A stretch of 60,223 nucleotides of DNA, counting the filler, from Coriobacteriales bacterium (GTDB lineage: Bacteria > Actinomycetota > Coriobacteriia > Coriobacteriales > UBA8131): the NCBI GenBank assembly GCA_031263105.1. It is 7 parts of 7 records of this genome, joined end to end, with 100 filler letters (N's around TTAATTAATTAA, not from the genome) between each part and the next. Parts side by side here need not be neighbours in the genome. Positions count along the whole stretch, not along the records: positions 37,679 to 43,825 come from JAISGJ010000215.1; positions 43,926 to 60,223 come from JAISGJ010000217.1; 5 more parts are not named here. The stretch is one strand, 5' to 3'. Each line of letters opens with the position of its first letter. Positions within the stretch are counted from its first letter, which is position 1. This document shows positions 41,704-51,729 of the stretch, one piece after another. A program made the position numbers and the translations under genes. A model generated the notes under the pieces. That model did no database searches and had not been told where the DNA came from. It saw nothing but the letters and a program-made list of their open reading frames with translations.

Positions 41704-43572
41704 CTATTCGGCATCGAACAGGTCGATACCGCCGTCTCCTTCGTGCGCGGGCAGCCTCAGCGTGAACGTGCTCCCTGTGCCCGGTTCGCTCTCTACCAGT
41801 ATAGTGCCTCCCAGCATGGCTGCGAGGTCGCGTGCAAGTGCCAGGCCCAGCCCGCTGCCGCCGTACCGGCGCACCGTCGACATGTTCTCCTGCGTGAAGC
41901 GCTCGAATATCAGGTCCTGCTTGTCCGCAGGGATGCCTATGCCGTTGTCGGCCACCTCAATGACCACGGCAGGCCCCACGGCAGGAGGCGCAGCAGGTGC
42001 CCCGTCCGCCCCCGCCGCAGCGACGGCAGGCCCCACGGCAGACGGTGCAACAGGCCCTGCGGCAGGCGGCGCAGCGGTTGCCGCAGCGGATCCCATGGCA
42101 GGCGGCACGTCGTCATACGAGGCGCTTATCTGGACGAGGCCGCCCTCGCCAGTGAACTTTATGGCGTTGCTCACGAGGTTCACGAGGATGCGCCTGACCT
42201 TCTCCCAATCGCTGAGGATGAGCGGGACCGAAGGGTCGATGCGCGTGGTGAGCCTGATATGCTTCTTGAGCGCCAGGGACTCGCTCGCGTCCTTGATCAT
42301 GCCTATGATGTCGTTCAGGTCGACCAGCTCCAAGTTCACCTGTTCATGGCCTGCTTGGATGCGGGCCGTTTCGAGCACGTTGTTGACGAGTTCCAGCAGT
42401 ATCTGTCCGTTGGTGTCTATCTCGTCGAGCTGTTTGTGCGCGAGCTTGTCGTCGGGCGGGATGTTCTGCTCCATGAGGTCGGTGAACGCGAGGATGGAGG
42501 TCAGCGGCGTGCGCAGCTCGTGGCTGACGATGGCCAGGAAGTCGGACTTGTAGCGGTTCTCCTCCGTGAGCCTGCTGTTGACGCGCTCGACGTGGTGCTT
42601 CTGCTTCTCGAGCTCCTCGTTCGCCTGTGAGAGTTGCTCGGTGCGTTCGAGGACCTGGGCCTCAAGGCTCGCATAGAGGGAGGACAGGCTTTCCGCCATG
42701 GTGTTGAACTGCACGAACAGCTCCTCGACCTCGCGCGTCGCGTACAGGCGGCCGCTCTTTTCCAGAGGCGAGAACGACCCGCCCCCCATCTGCTCGAGCG
42801 AGCTGCGCAGGCTGGTGAGCGGCTTGGTGATGAGGCGGCTCAAGGCGAGGTAGATGATGAGCGCCATGCTCAGTACGATGAAGAAGAAGAACAGGACGTT
42901 GTTGATGATGGAGCTGTTCATGTTCGCGAAGTAGACGCTGGTCGGCACCGTGACGCTGACGGCGCCCGCAAGGTCGCCGACCCCCCAGCCCTCCTTGGCG
43001 TAGCCCGTCACGTCCGTCTCCCCCAGCGGGGTGCCGTGGCATTCCACGCAGTCCTCGGAGACCTTCATGGCCGAGACGTACCGGAACAGGGGCTCCCCGT
43101 CGGACTCCCCGTCGTCGTCGAAGAAGCCGTACTGCTCCGTCACCGCGCCGTCCGAGGCTGCGAAGCCCTCGAGCGCCGTCCGCTCGTAGGCATCGGGCGC
43201 GTTCTGCTCGTTGCGCGGGTTGAGGTTGGTGAAGCGTATGCTGTAGTCGGAGTTGCGGGAGAACAGCGCGGCGACCGCCTTGCCGGCGATGGCGCAGTGA
43301 AGGCTCTTGTACTCGTAGACTCCGCTCGACGTGTAGTTGATGGTGTCTTGGTTGAGGGAGATGAAGTCCCATACCGCGTCCATCTCGGTCACGAGGACGC
43401 GCGACTCCTCCAAAAGCTCGGTGGCGGTGTTGGCCTTCTGGACCTGGTAGGCCCAGAAGATGTCGGCCATCAGGAGCACCATCAGCACTGCGAAGAGCAG
43501 GCCGATGATCTTCGTCCTCAGTCCGATGGTCCTTGAAGGGCTTATCGTGTCGTTTCCCGTATCGATGGGCAT
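41704..43572 (-). CDS. Sensor histidine kinase with extracytoplasmic c-type heme (DUF3365/Tll0287-like) domain
   Basis: PRN...PD, CVECH; HAMP; VSHELRTP; NAIKFT; GSGLGL. Confidence 0.88.
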   Translation of the reverse strand: MPIDTGNDTISPSRTIGLRTKIIGLLFAVLMVLLMADIFWAYQVQKANTATELLEESRVLVTEMDAVWDFISLNQDTINYTSSGVYEYKSLHCAIAGKAVAALFSRNSDYSIRFTNLNPRNEQNAPDAYERTALEGFAASDGAVTEQYGFFDDDGESDGEPLFRYVSAMKVSEDCVECHGTPLGETDVTGYAKEGWGVGDLAGAVSVTVPTSVYFANMNSSIINNVLFFFFIVLSMALIIYLALSRLITKPLTSLRSSLEQMGGGSFSPLEKSGRLYATREVEELFVQFNTMAESLSSLYASLEAQVLERTEQLSQANEELEKQKHHVERVNSRLTEENRYKSDFLAIVSHELRTPLTSILAFTDLMEQNIPPDDKLAHKQLDEIDTNGQILLELVNNVLETARIQAGHEQVNLELVDLNDIIGMIKDASESLALKKHIRLTTRIDPSVPLILSDWEKVRRILVNLVSNAIKFTGEGGLVQISASYDDVPPAMGSAAATAAPPAAGPVAPSAVGPAVAAAGADGAPAAPPAVGPAVVIEVADNGIGIPADKQDLIFERFTQENMSTVRRYGGSGLGLALARDLAAMLGGTILVESEPGTGSTFTLRLPAHEGDGGIDLFDAE

Positions 43573-43705
43573 ACCTCTTCGAAGTGTTCTTGTCGTGGGT
43601 CTGTGCGACTCCGTCGTCGCGGTATCGTCGTCCCAGTATAGTGAGTCTTCGTTGCATGAGGCAAATCAAGGGGGTTCATCCCACTGTTGGCAAATCAAGG
43701 GGGTT

Positions 43706-43825
43706 CACCCCACTGTCATTCCGAGCGCAGCGAAGCGGAGCCGAGGAATCTTCGGTCGCGGAGCGACCGACCTCAGGCAGAGGCGCCCCCCGGTCGCGAT
43801 CGGTCGCTCCGCGACCGAAGATTCC
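43706..43825. repeat. Palindromic MITE/REP-like element, copy 8 (cut by contig end, different core)
   Basis: CACCCCACTGTCATTCCGAGCG...GGAATCTTCGGTCGCGGAGCGACCGA...TCGGTCGCTCCGCGACCGAAGATTCC. Confidence 0.85.
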
Positions 43826-43925
43826 NNNNNNNNNNNNNNNNNNNNNNNNNNNNNNNNNNNNNNNNNNNNTTAATTAATTAANNNNNNNNNNNNNNNNNNN
43901 NNNNNNNNNNNNNNNNNNNNNNNNN
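43826..43925. other. Artificial contig linker
   Basis: N-TTAATTAATTAA-N. Confidence 0.99.
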
Positions 43926-44115
43926 TTGGTCACCGACATCCCCCGCGTCGCCGCCCAGGCCCAGGCCCAGGCCCTCCCCATCTTCTCCTTCGACGACCCT
44001 TGTCCTCTGGCAGACTTCCTCATGGCGCTCAGAAGGCAGAGCGGACAGCGGCGGGCCGCCCCCGCCCCCCCCCCCCCGCGCCCGCGCGCGGGGGGGGGGG
44101 GCCCGCGCCCGCCAG

Positions 44116-44679
44116 TCAGCTCTTCCTTATGAGCGCCATGAGGAAGTCTGCCAGAGGACAAGGGTCGTCGAAGGAGAAGATGGGGAGGGCCTGGGCCTGG
44201 GCCTGGGCGGCGACGCGGGGGATGTCGGTGACCACGGCGATGACCTCGTTGTCCTCTGCACCCAAGTCACGGTTGCAATCCTTGGGGTTCGCGGCACGGA
44301 ACAGCTCGATGGTCGGCAGCTCGCCATGGCGGTAGCCTTCGACGAGCACGAGATGGGGGGCGTCGCCCAAGATCCGGGACTCGAGGGCCATCATCTCGAT
44401 GAGCTCGACGACCTTGGGCTCGCAGGCAGGGTCGAGGCTGCGCACCGAGGCCATCTGGTCGGGGGCGGCAACGATGGTATGGACGCTGCCCGCCCGACGA
44501 TGACGCCAGGAGTCCTTGCCCTCGATGTCGAACTCGAAGCCTGCATGTGAATGATGCTTGATGGTGGCGACGCGCACCGCACGCTCCGTGAGCTCGGCAA
44601 CGACCTTCTCCAGCAGGGTCGTCTTGCCCGAGTTCTGCTTGCCGACGAACGCGACTGCGGGCAGGGCTGTCTGGGTCAT
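44116..44679 (-). CDS. mobB: Molybdopterin-guanine dinucleotide biosynthesis protein B
   Basis: GKQNSGKTT, IKH, GKDSWRH and VLVEGY motifs. Confidence 0.92.
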   Translation of the reverse strand: MTQTALPAVAFVGKQNSGKTTLLEKVVAELTERAVRVATIKHHSHAGFEFDIEGKDSWRHRRAGSVHTIVAAPDQMASVRSLDPACEPKVVELIEMMALESRILGDAPHLVLVEGYRHGELPTIELFRAANPKDCNRDLGAEDNEVIAVVTDIPRVAAQAQAQALPIFSFDDPCPLADFLMALIRKS

Positions 44680-44722
44680 GTGCGCTCCTTCCACTCCATC
44701 ACCTGTCTGCTCCCGGAGGGCG

Positions 44723-44814
44723 CGGGACGTCGAGGACGCCGTCCCCTACGGATGCGACCATGCCGCCGCGCACGCGCTGCCACGTCTGTAGGGGACGGCA
44801 TCCTCGACGTCCCG
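44723..44814. repeat. Inverted pair of GTAG-class REP sequences
   Basis: GTAGGGGACGGC(A/G)TCCTCGACGTCCCG at 44788-44814, reverse complement at 44723-44749. Confidence 0.8.
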
Positions 44815-44836
44815 CCGTTCGGTCTCGCCAGCCCGG

Positions 44837-45382
44837 TCATTCCCCCCGCTCCACGGTCTGGCCTGCGGCAAGGGAGGCGGGGACGTCGATGAGGCGCTGG
44901 TTCGAGGAGCCGCGCCAACGCAGGCCGAGGGTCTTGAGCGGCTCGACGAAGCGACCGTCCACGAGCACGTCCACCTGCTCGAGGAGCGGCACTGCCGCAC
45001 CGTCCGGCCCCCCTGCCAACAGCTCTTCGAAGCGGTAGCCCGAGTAGGCCCAGACATCCAGCCCCTTCTCGCGGACGCGCCGTGCCAGCTCGACGAGGGC
45101 GGCGGCCTGCTCGAAGGGCTCGCCCCCCGTCAGCGTGATGCCCGAGAGCAGCGGGTTCGCCTCGACCTTCTCCCCCAGCTCGTCGATTGTGGTGGGCGTG
45201 CCGCCCTCGAAGGGCTGTGCGTCGGGGTTGTGGCAGCCGCAACAGGCGTGCCGACAGCCCTGCGTGAAGACGGCAAGGCGAATGCCGGGGCCATCGACGA
45301 TGGAATCGTCGGCGACCCCGTACAGATCGACCGTGCGGGCGACGCCCGCCGGAGGAGCGACCGCTTTTGTCCCTTCCCCCAC
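44837..45382 (-). CDS. nrdG: Anaerobic ribonucleotide reductase activase
   Basis: DSIVDGPG, CRHACCGC, TGGEP and WRGSSNQR motifs. Confidence 0.93.
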   Translation of the reverse strand: MGEGTKAVAPPAGVARTVDLYGVADDSIVDGPGIRLAVFTQGCRHACCGCHNPDAQPFEGGTPTTIDELGEKVEANPLLSGITLTGGEPFEQAAALVELARRVREKGLDVWAYSGYRFEELLAGGPDGAAVPLLEQVDVLVDGRFVEPLKTLGLRWRGSSNQRLIDVPASLAAGQTVERGE

Positions 45383-45383
45383 C

Positions 45384-47825
45384 TCAGGAGAGGGGCGCCC
45401 CGTGGGCGGCGGGCGCGGCAGCGGGCACGGTGGCCTCGGTGGCCTCGATGGCCGCAGCGGCGCCCCCGGCAGCCACAACTGCGTGAGGGGTCACGCCGTG
45501 CTTCACGCGGTCGCGTTCCTCGGCGCGCTTGCCGTTGTTGAAGCGGTCGAGCGTCCCCACGAGGTAGCCGGTGATGCGGCGGATGCGCTCAAAGGGGACA
45601 TCGCCCTCCTCGCGCCCGCATTTGGGGCACCGGTCGCCGATGATGCCGTTGTAGCCGCAGATGGGATCGCGGTCGACGGGGTGGTTCACGCTGCCGTAGC
45701 CGACGCCGCACTCCTTCATGTGGCGGATGACGGTCTCGAAGGCCTCGAGGTTCTCCGTAGGATCGCCGTCCAGCTCGATGTAGCTGATATGTCCTGCGTT
45801 GGTGAGCGCGTGGTAGGGCGCCTCGATCTCTATCTTCTTGAAGGCGTTGACGTCGTGGTACACGGGGACGTGGAAGCTGTTGGTGTAGTAGTCGCGGTCC
45901 GTGATGCCCTCGAGCGCGCCGAAGCGCTCCCGGTCGATCCTCACGAAGCGGCCGCTCAGGCCCTCGGCGGGCGTGGCCAACAAGGTGAAGTTCAGGCCGG
46001 TCTCGGTCGACTTCGCGTCGAGGTAGCCGCGCATATGGCCGATTATCTCCAGCCCGAGGTTCTGCGCACGTTCACTCTCCCCATGGTGCTCGCCGATGAG
46101 CGCCTTGAGGGTCTCGGCCAGGCCGATGAAGCCGAGAGACAAGGTCCCGTGCTTGAGCACCTCGCCCACCTCGTCGTCCCACGCGAGGTCGTCGGACTTG
46201 GTCCACACGCCCTGGCCCATGAGGAAGGGCATGTTGTAGACCTTCTTGTGCCGCTGGATCTCGAAGCGCGCGAGCAGCTGGTCGCAGACGAGGTGCAGCT
46301 TGCTGTCGAGCATCTCGAAGAACAGGTCCACGTCGCCCTTGGCACGGATGGCCAGGCGCGGCAAGTTGATGGAGGTGAAGCTCAGGTTGCCGCGTCCGGG
46401 CGTGACTTCGTTCGTGGGGTCGTAGGAGTTGGAGACGACACGGGTGCGGCAGCCCATGTAGGCGACCTCGGTCTCCGGCGTGCCATGGTAGTAGCGCACG
46501 TTGAAGCTCGCGTCGAGGAAGCTGAAGTTGGGGAACAGCCGCTTGGCACTCACGGCGCAGGCCTGCTTGAACAGGTCGTAGTTGGGATCCTCGGGGTTGT
46601 AGCTCACGCCCTCCTTCACCCGGAATATCTGGATGGGGAAGATGGGCGTCTCGCCGTTGCCGAGCCCCTCCTCGGTCGCCAGCAGGATGTTCCGTATGAC
46701 CATGCGCCCCTCCGCCGAGGTGTCCATGCCGTAGTTGATGGACGAGAACGGCGTCTGAGCGCCTGCACGCGAATGCATGGTGTTGAGGTTGTGTATGAAG
46801 GCCTCCATCGCCTGATGGGTCGCCTTGTCCGTGTCGGCCTTCGCCTGCTTGGCGGCCCAGGACTGTATGTGGTCTATCGTCTCCTCGGGCAGCTCGAAGG
46901 CGGCGATAAGGGCGCTGCGCTCGGCGGCGGTGTAGTTCACGTCCATCGTCAGGGTCGGCCAAAGGCCGCACTCGCCCTCCACCCGGGCACAGAGCGCGTC
47001 GAGCTGCTCCTTGGGAAGCTGGAGCCCTCCGAGCAGGTCGAGCGCCGCGTTGAGGTTCTTGCGATAGAAGCGGCGGAAGGTCTTCTTCACGCCGACGGCC
47101 ATGCCGTAGTCGAAGTTGCTGATGGACTGGCCCCCGTGCTGGTCGTTCTGGTTCGACTGGATGGCGATACAGGCGAGCGCCGAGTAGCTCGTGATGTCGC
47201 TCGGCTCCCTGAGCACGCCGTGGCCGGTCGAGAAGCCGCCCTCGAAGAGCTTGACGATGTCGATCTGGCAGCAGGTGGTGGTCAGGGTGTAGAAGTCGAG
47301 GTCGTGGATGTGGATGTCGCCTTCGCGGTGCGCCTTGGCATGGGGCTCGGAGAGCACGCTCATCTGGTAGTACTGCTTGGCGGTCTCCGATCCGTACTTG
47401 AGCATGGTCCCCATCGCCGTGTCCGCGTCGATGTTCGCGTTCTCGCGTGCGACGTCGAAGTCCCGCGCATCGGAATGCGTGATCTTGTCGATGGTCTGCA
47501 TGAGCTTCGTGTTCATCTCGCGCGCACGGCTGCGCTCGGCACGGTACTTGATGTAGGAGCGGGCGATCTGGACAAAGCCGTTCTCGGCCAGCACCTCCTC
47601 GGCAAGGTCCTGGACGCCCTCGACCGTCGGGACGCCTTCGATGGCGCCCTCCTCGATCTTCCTCACGACCTGGAGCGCAAGCCGGTCCGCGACCTTGCGG
47701 TCCTTGAGTGCACCGGAGGCGGAGAACGCCTTCTCGATGGCATCCGCTATCTTGGAGGCCTCGAAGTCCACCGCCCTTCCGTCGCGTTTGACGATACTCG
47801 TGACTGTGTCTGTGTCTGTAAGCAC
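45384..47825 (-). CDS. nrdD: Class III anaerobic ribonucleoside-triphosphate reductase with ATP cone
   Basis: IVKRDG cone; IHIHD; ATPAEG; RRITGYL glycyl-radical motif; AGGAG RBS before GTG. Confidence 0.96.
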   Translation of the reverse strand: MLTDTDTVTSIVKRDGRAVDFEASKIADAIEKAFSASGALKDRKVADRLALQVVRKIEEGAIEGVPTVEGVQDLAEEVLAENGFVQIARSYIKYRAERSRAREMNTKLMQTIDKITHSDARDFDVARENANIDADTAMGTMLKYGSETAKQYYQMSVLSEPHAKAHREGDIHIHDLDFYTLTTTCCQIDIVKLFEGGFSTGHGVLREPSDITSYSALACIAIQSNQNDQHGGQSISNFDYGMAVGVKKTFRRFYRKNLNAALDLLGGLQLPKEQLDALCARVEGECGLWPTLTMDVNYTAAERSALIAAFELPEETIDHIQSWAAKQAKADTDKATHQAMEAFIHNLNTMHSRAGAQTPFSSINYGMDTSAEGRMVIRNILLATEEGLGNGETPIFPIQIFRVKEGVSYNPEDPNYDLFKQACAVSAKRLFPNFSFLDASFNVRYYHGTPETEVAYMGCRTRVVSNSYDPTNEVTPGRGNLSFTSINLPRLAIRAKGDVDLFFEMLDSKLHLVCDQLLARFEIQRHKKVYNMPFLMGQGVWTKSDDLAWDDEVGEVLKHGTLSLGFIGLAETLKALIGEHHGESERAQNLGLEIIGHMRGYLDAKSTETGLNFTLLATPAEGLSGRFVRIDRERFGALEGITDRDYYTNSFHVPVYHDVNAFKKIEIEAPYHALTNAGHISYIELDGDPTENLEAFETVIRHMKECGVGYGSVNHPVDRDPICGYNGIIGDRCPKCGREEGDVPFERIRRITGYLVGTLDRFNNGKRAEERDRVKHGVTPHAVVAAGGAAAAIEATEATVPAAAPAAHGAPLS

Positions 47826-48020
47826 GTTTCTACTCCTTTTCATCTACGTTTCTGCCGCGTTTCTTCTCTTGTAATGAGACTGCCCCTTGTGTGACGCCGC
47901 CCACCACCCTGTCTGTTCTTTGTCGGGCCTCGTCCTCAGACGCAACAGACTCAAAACCACAACAGGCAAAGGCACTTACTGCCGTTTTCACAGGTTACTT
48001 ACAAGTTGCCGACAAGTAAT

Positions 48021-48067
48021 CCACAACATGTTGTGGTGACCTCAAAATCGCAGTATAGATATGGTAG
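48021..48067. promoter_or_regulatory. Tandem NrdR boxes
   Basis: Perfect palindrome CCACAACATGTTGTGG (48021-48036) and a degenerate box 31 bp away (48052-48067) overlapping a TTGCAA-17-TACCAT minus-strand promoter. Confidence 0.75.
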
Positions 48068-48150
48068 AGCTATGGAGTCGTATTTGCAAGGGGTGAAACG
48101 AGGGTTTTTGAGCTTTTCCGCCACCGGCTGTCACCGTGCTCAGAGCTCCG

Positions 48151-48396
48151 GTTACTGTTCACACCCCACTGTCATTCCGAGCTCCGCCGAGGAATCTTTG
48201 GACACGCAGTGTCCAACGGCAGGCCAGGGGGCCCTTCGACCTGCGGTCGGCCGCTGGCGCGGCCGAGGATTCCTCGGCCGGCTCGGAATGACAGTGGGGC
48301 TCGGGGCGGCAGTGGGGCTCGGGGCGGCAGTGGGGCTCGGGGCGGCAGTGGGGCTCGGGGCGACAGTGGGGTATCCGTGGGGGTGTGAACTGTAAT
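48151..48396. mobile_element. Palindromic MITE, copy 9, with internal 18-bp tandem array
   Basis: GTTACTGTTCACACCCC...GGGGTGTGAACTGTAA; CAGTGGGGCTCGGGGCG(G/A) four times at 48292-48363. Confidence 0.88.
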
Positions 48397-48568
48397 CCGG
48401 ATGCCGCAAACGAACGACAGGAGCTTTTTGTAATCATATTGTGATATGATGTTGTGACAAGTTTACCCCTGAACCTCAGTCGGACTTGCAGCTTGGAACG
48501 CTGCGCCCAGGGAGGCGCCGGTTCACTCGTTGTGCTTCCAGAGGGCAACGGGGTACCGGAGGTATGGG

Positions 48569-49453
48569 ATGCTCAGTTCGTATATCGTGTGGTATCTGTT
48601 CCTGGCGGGGGCCGGCAGCGGAGCCTATGTGCTGGCGGCGGCGTTCAGCCTTGCCCGGAGATGGTCGCAGGCCGAAAGCGTGAAGGAGTACGGGGAGATC
48701 ACCCGGGGAGGCTTCTACCTCGGCCCCCTCCTCGTGATGCTCGGCGTCGTGTTCCTGATATTCGACCTTGGCTCCCCCGAAAAGGCATACCGCCTGTTTC
48801 TCAGTACCAAGTTCACCTACCTCACGTTCGGCTCCTGGACCGTCCTGCTGTTCTGCCTGTTCGCAACGGCGCTTGCACTCTTGCGCTCGACCAGCCTCAT
48901 ACGGCTTCCCCGGCTTGCCTTCAAGGCGCTCGAACTGTTTTCCCTCGCCTGTGCGCTCGGGATCATGGCCTACACGGGCATGCTCCTCTCAAGCATGCCC
49001 TCGATACCCTTCCTCAACAGCCCGCTCGTCGTCGTGCTGCTTGTCGCCTCGTCGCTTGCCACGGGCTCGGCGCTCATCACGCTCTACGGGTTCTTCAACC
49101 AGCAGCGCAAATCCATGTTCTTCGGCTTGAAGGTCATCCCACGCATCGACCTTGTCCTTATCGCCATCGAGATCCTTGCCCTCGCCGGCCTGGTCGTCAG
49201 CAAGTACTTCGAAGGCCCTGTGGCCCTCGCATCCGTCAGGACGCTGCTCACCGGTGAGGGCGCCTACGTGTTCTGGTTCGGCACCGTGCTGATGGGCGTC
49301 GTCGTGCCGTGCTTCGCCAACCTGCTGAACCGCCAGACCCTGCACATGGTGAACCAGGCGATAAGTTCGGTGGCAATCCTGATAGGCGGCTTCGCGTTGC
49401 GCTATGCCCTCGTCACCTCCGGCCTGCACGTGGAGGCACTGCCGTCTCTGTAG
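48569..49453 (+). CDS. NrfD/PsrC-family molybdoenzyme membrane anchor
   Basis: YLFLAGAGSG, DLGSP, AYTGMLL and GGFALRY motifs; multi-TM. Confidence 0.88.
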   Translation: MLSSYIVWYLFLAGAGSGAYVLAAAFSLARRWSQAESVKEYGEITRGGFYLGPLLVMLGVVFLIFDLGSPEKAYRLFLSTKFTYLTFGSWTVLLFCLFATALALLRSTSLIRLPRLAFKALELFSLACALGIMAYTGMLLSSMPSIPFLNSPLVVVLLVASSLATGSALITLYGFFNQQRKSMFFGLKVIPRIDLVLIAIEILALAGLVVSKYFEGPVALASVRTLLTGEGAYVFWFGTVLMGVVVPCFANLLNRQTLHMVNQAISSVAILIGGFALRYALVTSGLHVEALPSL

Positions 49454-49590
49454 GCCGCAGACAGACGTGCAGACCTGCGCAGCTTTCCAAAATGAGGGAG
49501 ACGATGATTAATCATCGTCTCCTGAGTTCTGACGCATATCTGACGAGCACTCTGTGCCCCAGCCTTGGCCCTGCCCGTTCCGCGTGCTGC

Positions 49591-50850
49591 CTATTCACTC
49601 CAAAGCATCTGGGCGGGAAGCACCAGGCGCTTGTCTCCGAATGAGTATGTCCTGGTTCCCGTGTAAACAAGCAGGCAGCGCACAATGCGTTCTGGGTGAA
49701 GCTCCTGCAGGTAAGCCATGGTCTTGAAGTCCGCTGCCTGCGCGGTTGAACTGGCCTTTACTTCTACAAGCACAATCTCGCCGACATCGTTCTCGATGAC
49801 GAGGTCGACTTCTCTCTTGCGACTGTCCCGATAATGGCTGAGAGAATAGTGTCGACTGTGATAACTCAGTTGTTTATATATCTCCGAGAATACAAAGGTC
49901 TCGAAAAGGGTTCCGGCGATGGGCGAGAGAAGATCGGTAGGCATCGTGCTGCTGGACTTAAGAAGTCGTGCCGTCAGACCGGAATCCGTCACATACGCCT
50001 TGGGTTGCTTGATGGCACGGTTGGTGATGTTCGACGACCAGGCAGGCAGGAGCTTTACCAAAAACATGCTCTCCAAGAGCGCAAGATAGCCGCCCAATGA
50101 CGAATAGGACTCTTGCATGTCCCTCGCAGCGCTGGCAAGCACAAGTTGATGCCCGCTTACCGATGCAAGGTAGGCAATGAGTTTAGGCAGCAGGGACAAC
50201 CTGCGCAGCGAGGAGACAGAGGCAGCGTATTGCTCGAACAGGAGCTTGAGGTAGTTGTCGAACCATACGTCGCGTCGCACCTTCGATGTCCTGAAAACAG
50301 CCTCGGGGTACGCTCCCACAAGCGCAAGCTCCAGATAATCCGCCCTGCCAAGCGTAGCCGACGTACCGAGAAAGTCAAGATTAGGACGATTGGAGAAAAC
50401 CGACTCTATCAGAGCTGGCGACGTGCCGCGAAGCTCCTCTTGGCTGAACCCACAGAGCTCGACAGTCTCCATGCGACCAGCCAATGACTCTTGGATTGCG
50501 CTGATGCCTGACAGGTCGCTGGATCCTGTGATCAGAAACCTGCCGGGACGGGCATCTTCGTCAACCACCTCCTTGATGCTGAGGATAATTTCCGGGACAC
50601 GTTGAACCTCATCGATAATCAGCAGGCCATGAGGGACTTGCCGCACAAAGTCGTCGGGATTGGCCGCCGCGCTGTTGCGGATGCCGGTATTGTCCAAAGA
50701 AAGATAAAGGGCATCGCGTTCCTTGGCTATTTCCTTTGCGAGCGTCGACTTGCCTGTCTGCCGGGCACCTTGTATAGCAACAACTCTGGTATCGGCCAGC
50801 GCAGCCACAAGGGCAGCTTTAGCCTTCCGGCGTATCACTTGCACACCCAC
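49591..50850 (-). CDS. AAA_14/DUF4143 ATP-binding protein
   Basis: GARQTGKS, IDEVQ, LITGS, FETFV and EVDLV...EVK motifs. Confidence 0.9.
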   Translation of the reverse strand: MGVQVIRRKAKAALVAALADTRVVAIQGARQTGKSTLAKEIAKERDALYLSLDNTGIRNSAAANPDDFVRQVPHGLLIIDEVQRVPEIILSIKEVVDEDARPGRFLITGSSDLSGISAIQESLAGRMETVELCGFSQEELRGTSPALIESVFSNRPNLDFLGTSATLGRADYLELALVGAYPEAVFRTSKVRRDVWFDNYLKLLFEQYAASVSSLRRLSLLPKLIAYLASVSGHQLVLASAARDMQESYSSLGGYLALLESMFLVKLLPAWSSNITNRAIKQPKAYVTDSGLTARLLKSSSTMPTDLLSPIAGTLFETFVFSEIYKQLSYHSRHYSLSHYRDSRKREVDLVIENDVGEIVLVEVKASSTAQAADFKTMAYLQELHPERIVRCLLVYTGTRTYSFGDKRLVLPAQMLWSE

Positions 50851-51042
50851 AGGGCGCTCCCTTCAAAAACCTGCGACCATCAGTACTGTCGTAGATTTTA
50901 CCACAGGGATGCCGTTATTTTTGCCAGTGCCCTGCCGTGATTTTTGCCAAGATGTCCTTGGTCAAGATGCCCCGCCGTCCCTTGCGTGCCTTCCTCCGCT
51001 TTGATGGCGCGAGAAAGGCGTTGGCCCCCGGAGCGCGCAAGC

Positions 51043-51082
51043 GGGCGTGGACGGGGATTTTGCAACAGCCCCGTCCACGCCC
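51043..51082. terminator. Hairpin downstream of the DmsB-like gene
   Basis: GGGCGTGGACGGGG / CCCCGTCCACGCCC 14-bp stem. Confidence 0.6.
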
Positions 51083-51093
51083 TGCACCGCTCC

Positions 51094-51720
51094 TCAGCTC
51101 AGGAAGTACACGTTCGGGCCGGTGCCCTGGCCCTCCAGCAGGCGCTCGTAATCGCGCGAGGCGACGAGCCTGGACACCTCGGAGTCAGGGTCGTCGAGGT
51201 CGCCGAAGAAGCGCGCCATCGCACGGCAGAGGTCGGCGCAGGCCGGGCGCTCCCCCCGGTCGATGCGGTGGACGCAGAACAGGCATTTCTCCACCACGTT
51301 GGGGTGGTGCGGCAGCGCGTCGGCGTCTCCGACGGCGAAGTCCAGGTAGAACTGCGGCTCCCCGTCGACGTAGGTGCGCACGCCCTCGTAGGGGCAGGCC
51401 TCCATGCACAGTTTGCAGCCTATGCACTTTTCGTTGTCCTGGACGACGATGCCGTCCTCCCGCTTGGAGATGGCCTCCACGGGGCACACCGCCAGGCAGG
51501 CCGGGTTGTCGCAGTGCTGGCAGGCCAGGGTGTAGTGCTCCATGCTGAGGGCGTCCGGGTAGGTGCCTGCGGGGGTGTACATCTCCTCGCCCCCGACCGT
51601 CCTGGCCTCGTTCCAATGCACGCCGATCGGCAGGTTGTTCTCCATCTTGCACGCCATGGCGCAGTTGTTGCAGGCGACGCAGCGGGCCTTGTCTACCACC
51701 ATCGCATATTTGGTCATCAC
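51094..51720 (-). CDS. DmsB-like 4Fe-4S dicluster subunit (copy 1)
   Basis: CVACNNC, CQHCDNPAC, CIGCKLC and KCLFC motifs; AGGAGG RBS. Confidence 0.92.
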   Translation of the reverse strand: MMTKYAMVVDKARCVACNNCAMACKMENNLPIGVHWNEARTVGGEEMYTPAGTYPDALSMEHYTLACQHCDNPACLAVCPVEAISKREDGIVVQDNEKCIGCKLCMEACPYEGVRTYVDGEPQFYLDFAVGDADALPHHPNVVEKCLFCVHRIDRGERPACADLCRAMARFFGDLDDPDSEVSRLVASRDYERLLEGQGTGPNVYFLS

Positions 51721-51729
51721 GCGCCTCCT

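Noticed and set aside
43927..44234. 105-bp inverted duplication of the mobB 3' end (43927-44031 versus 44130-44234)
   Set aside because: Lies at a contig start around poly-C/poly-G low-quality sequence; most likely a fold-back amplification or assembly chimera
48292..48371. Tandem 18-bp repeats as a CRISPR array
   Set aside because: No unique spacers and no cas genes; the repeats derive from the MITE terminus
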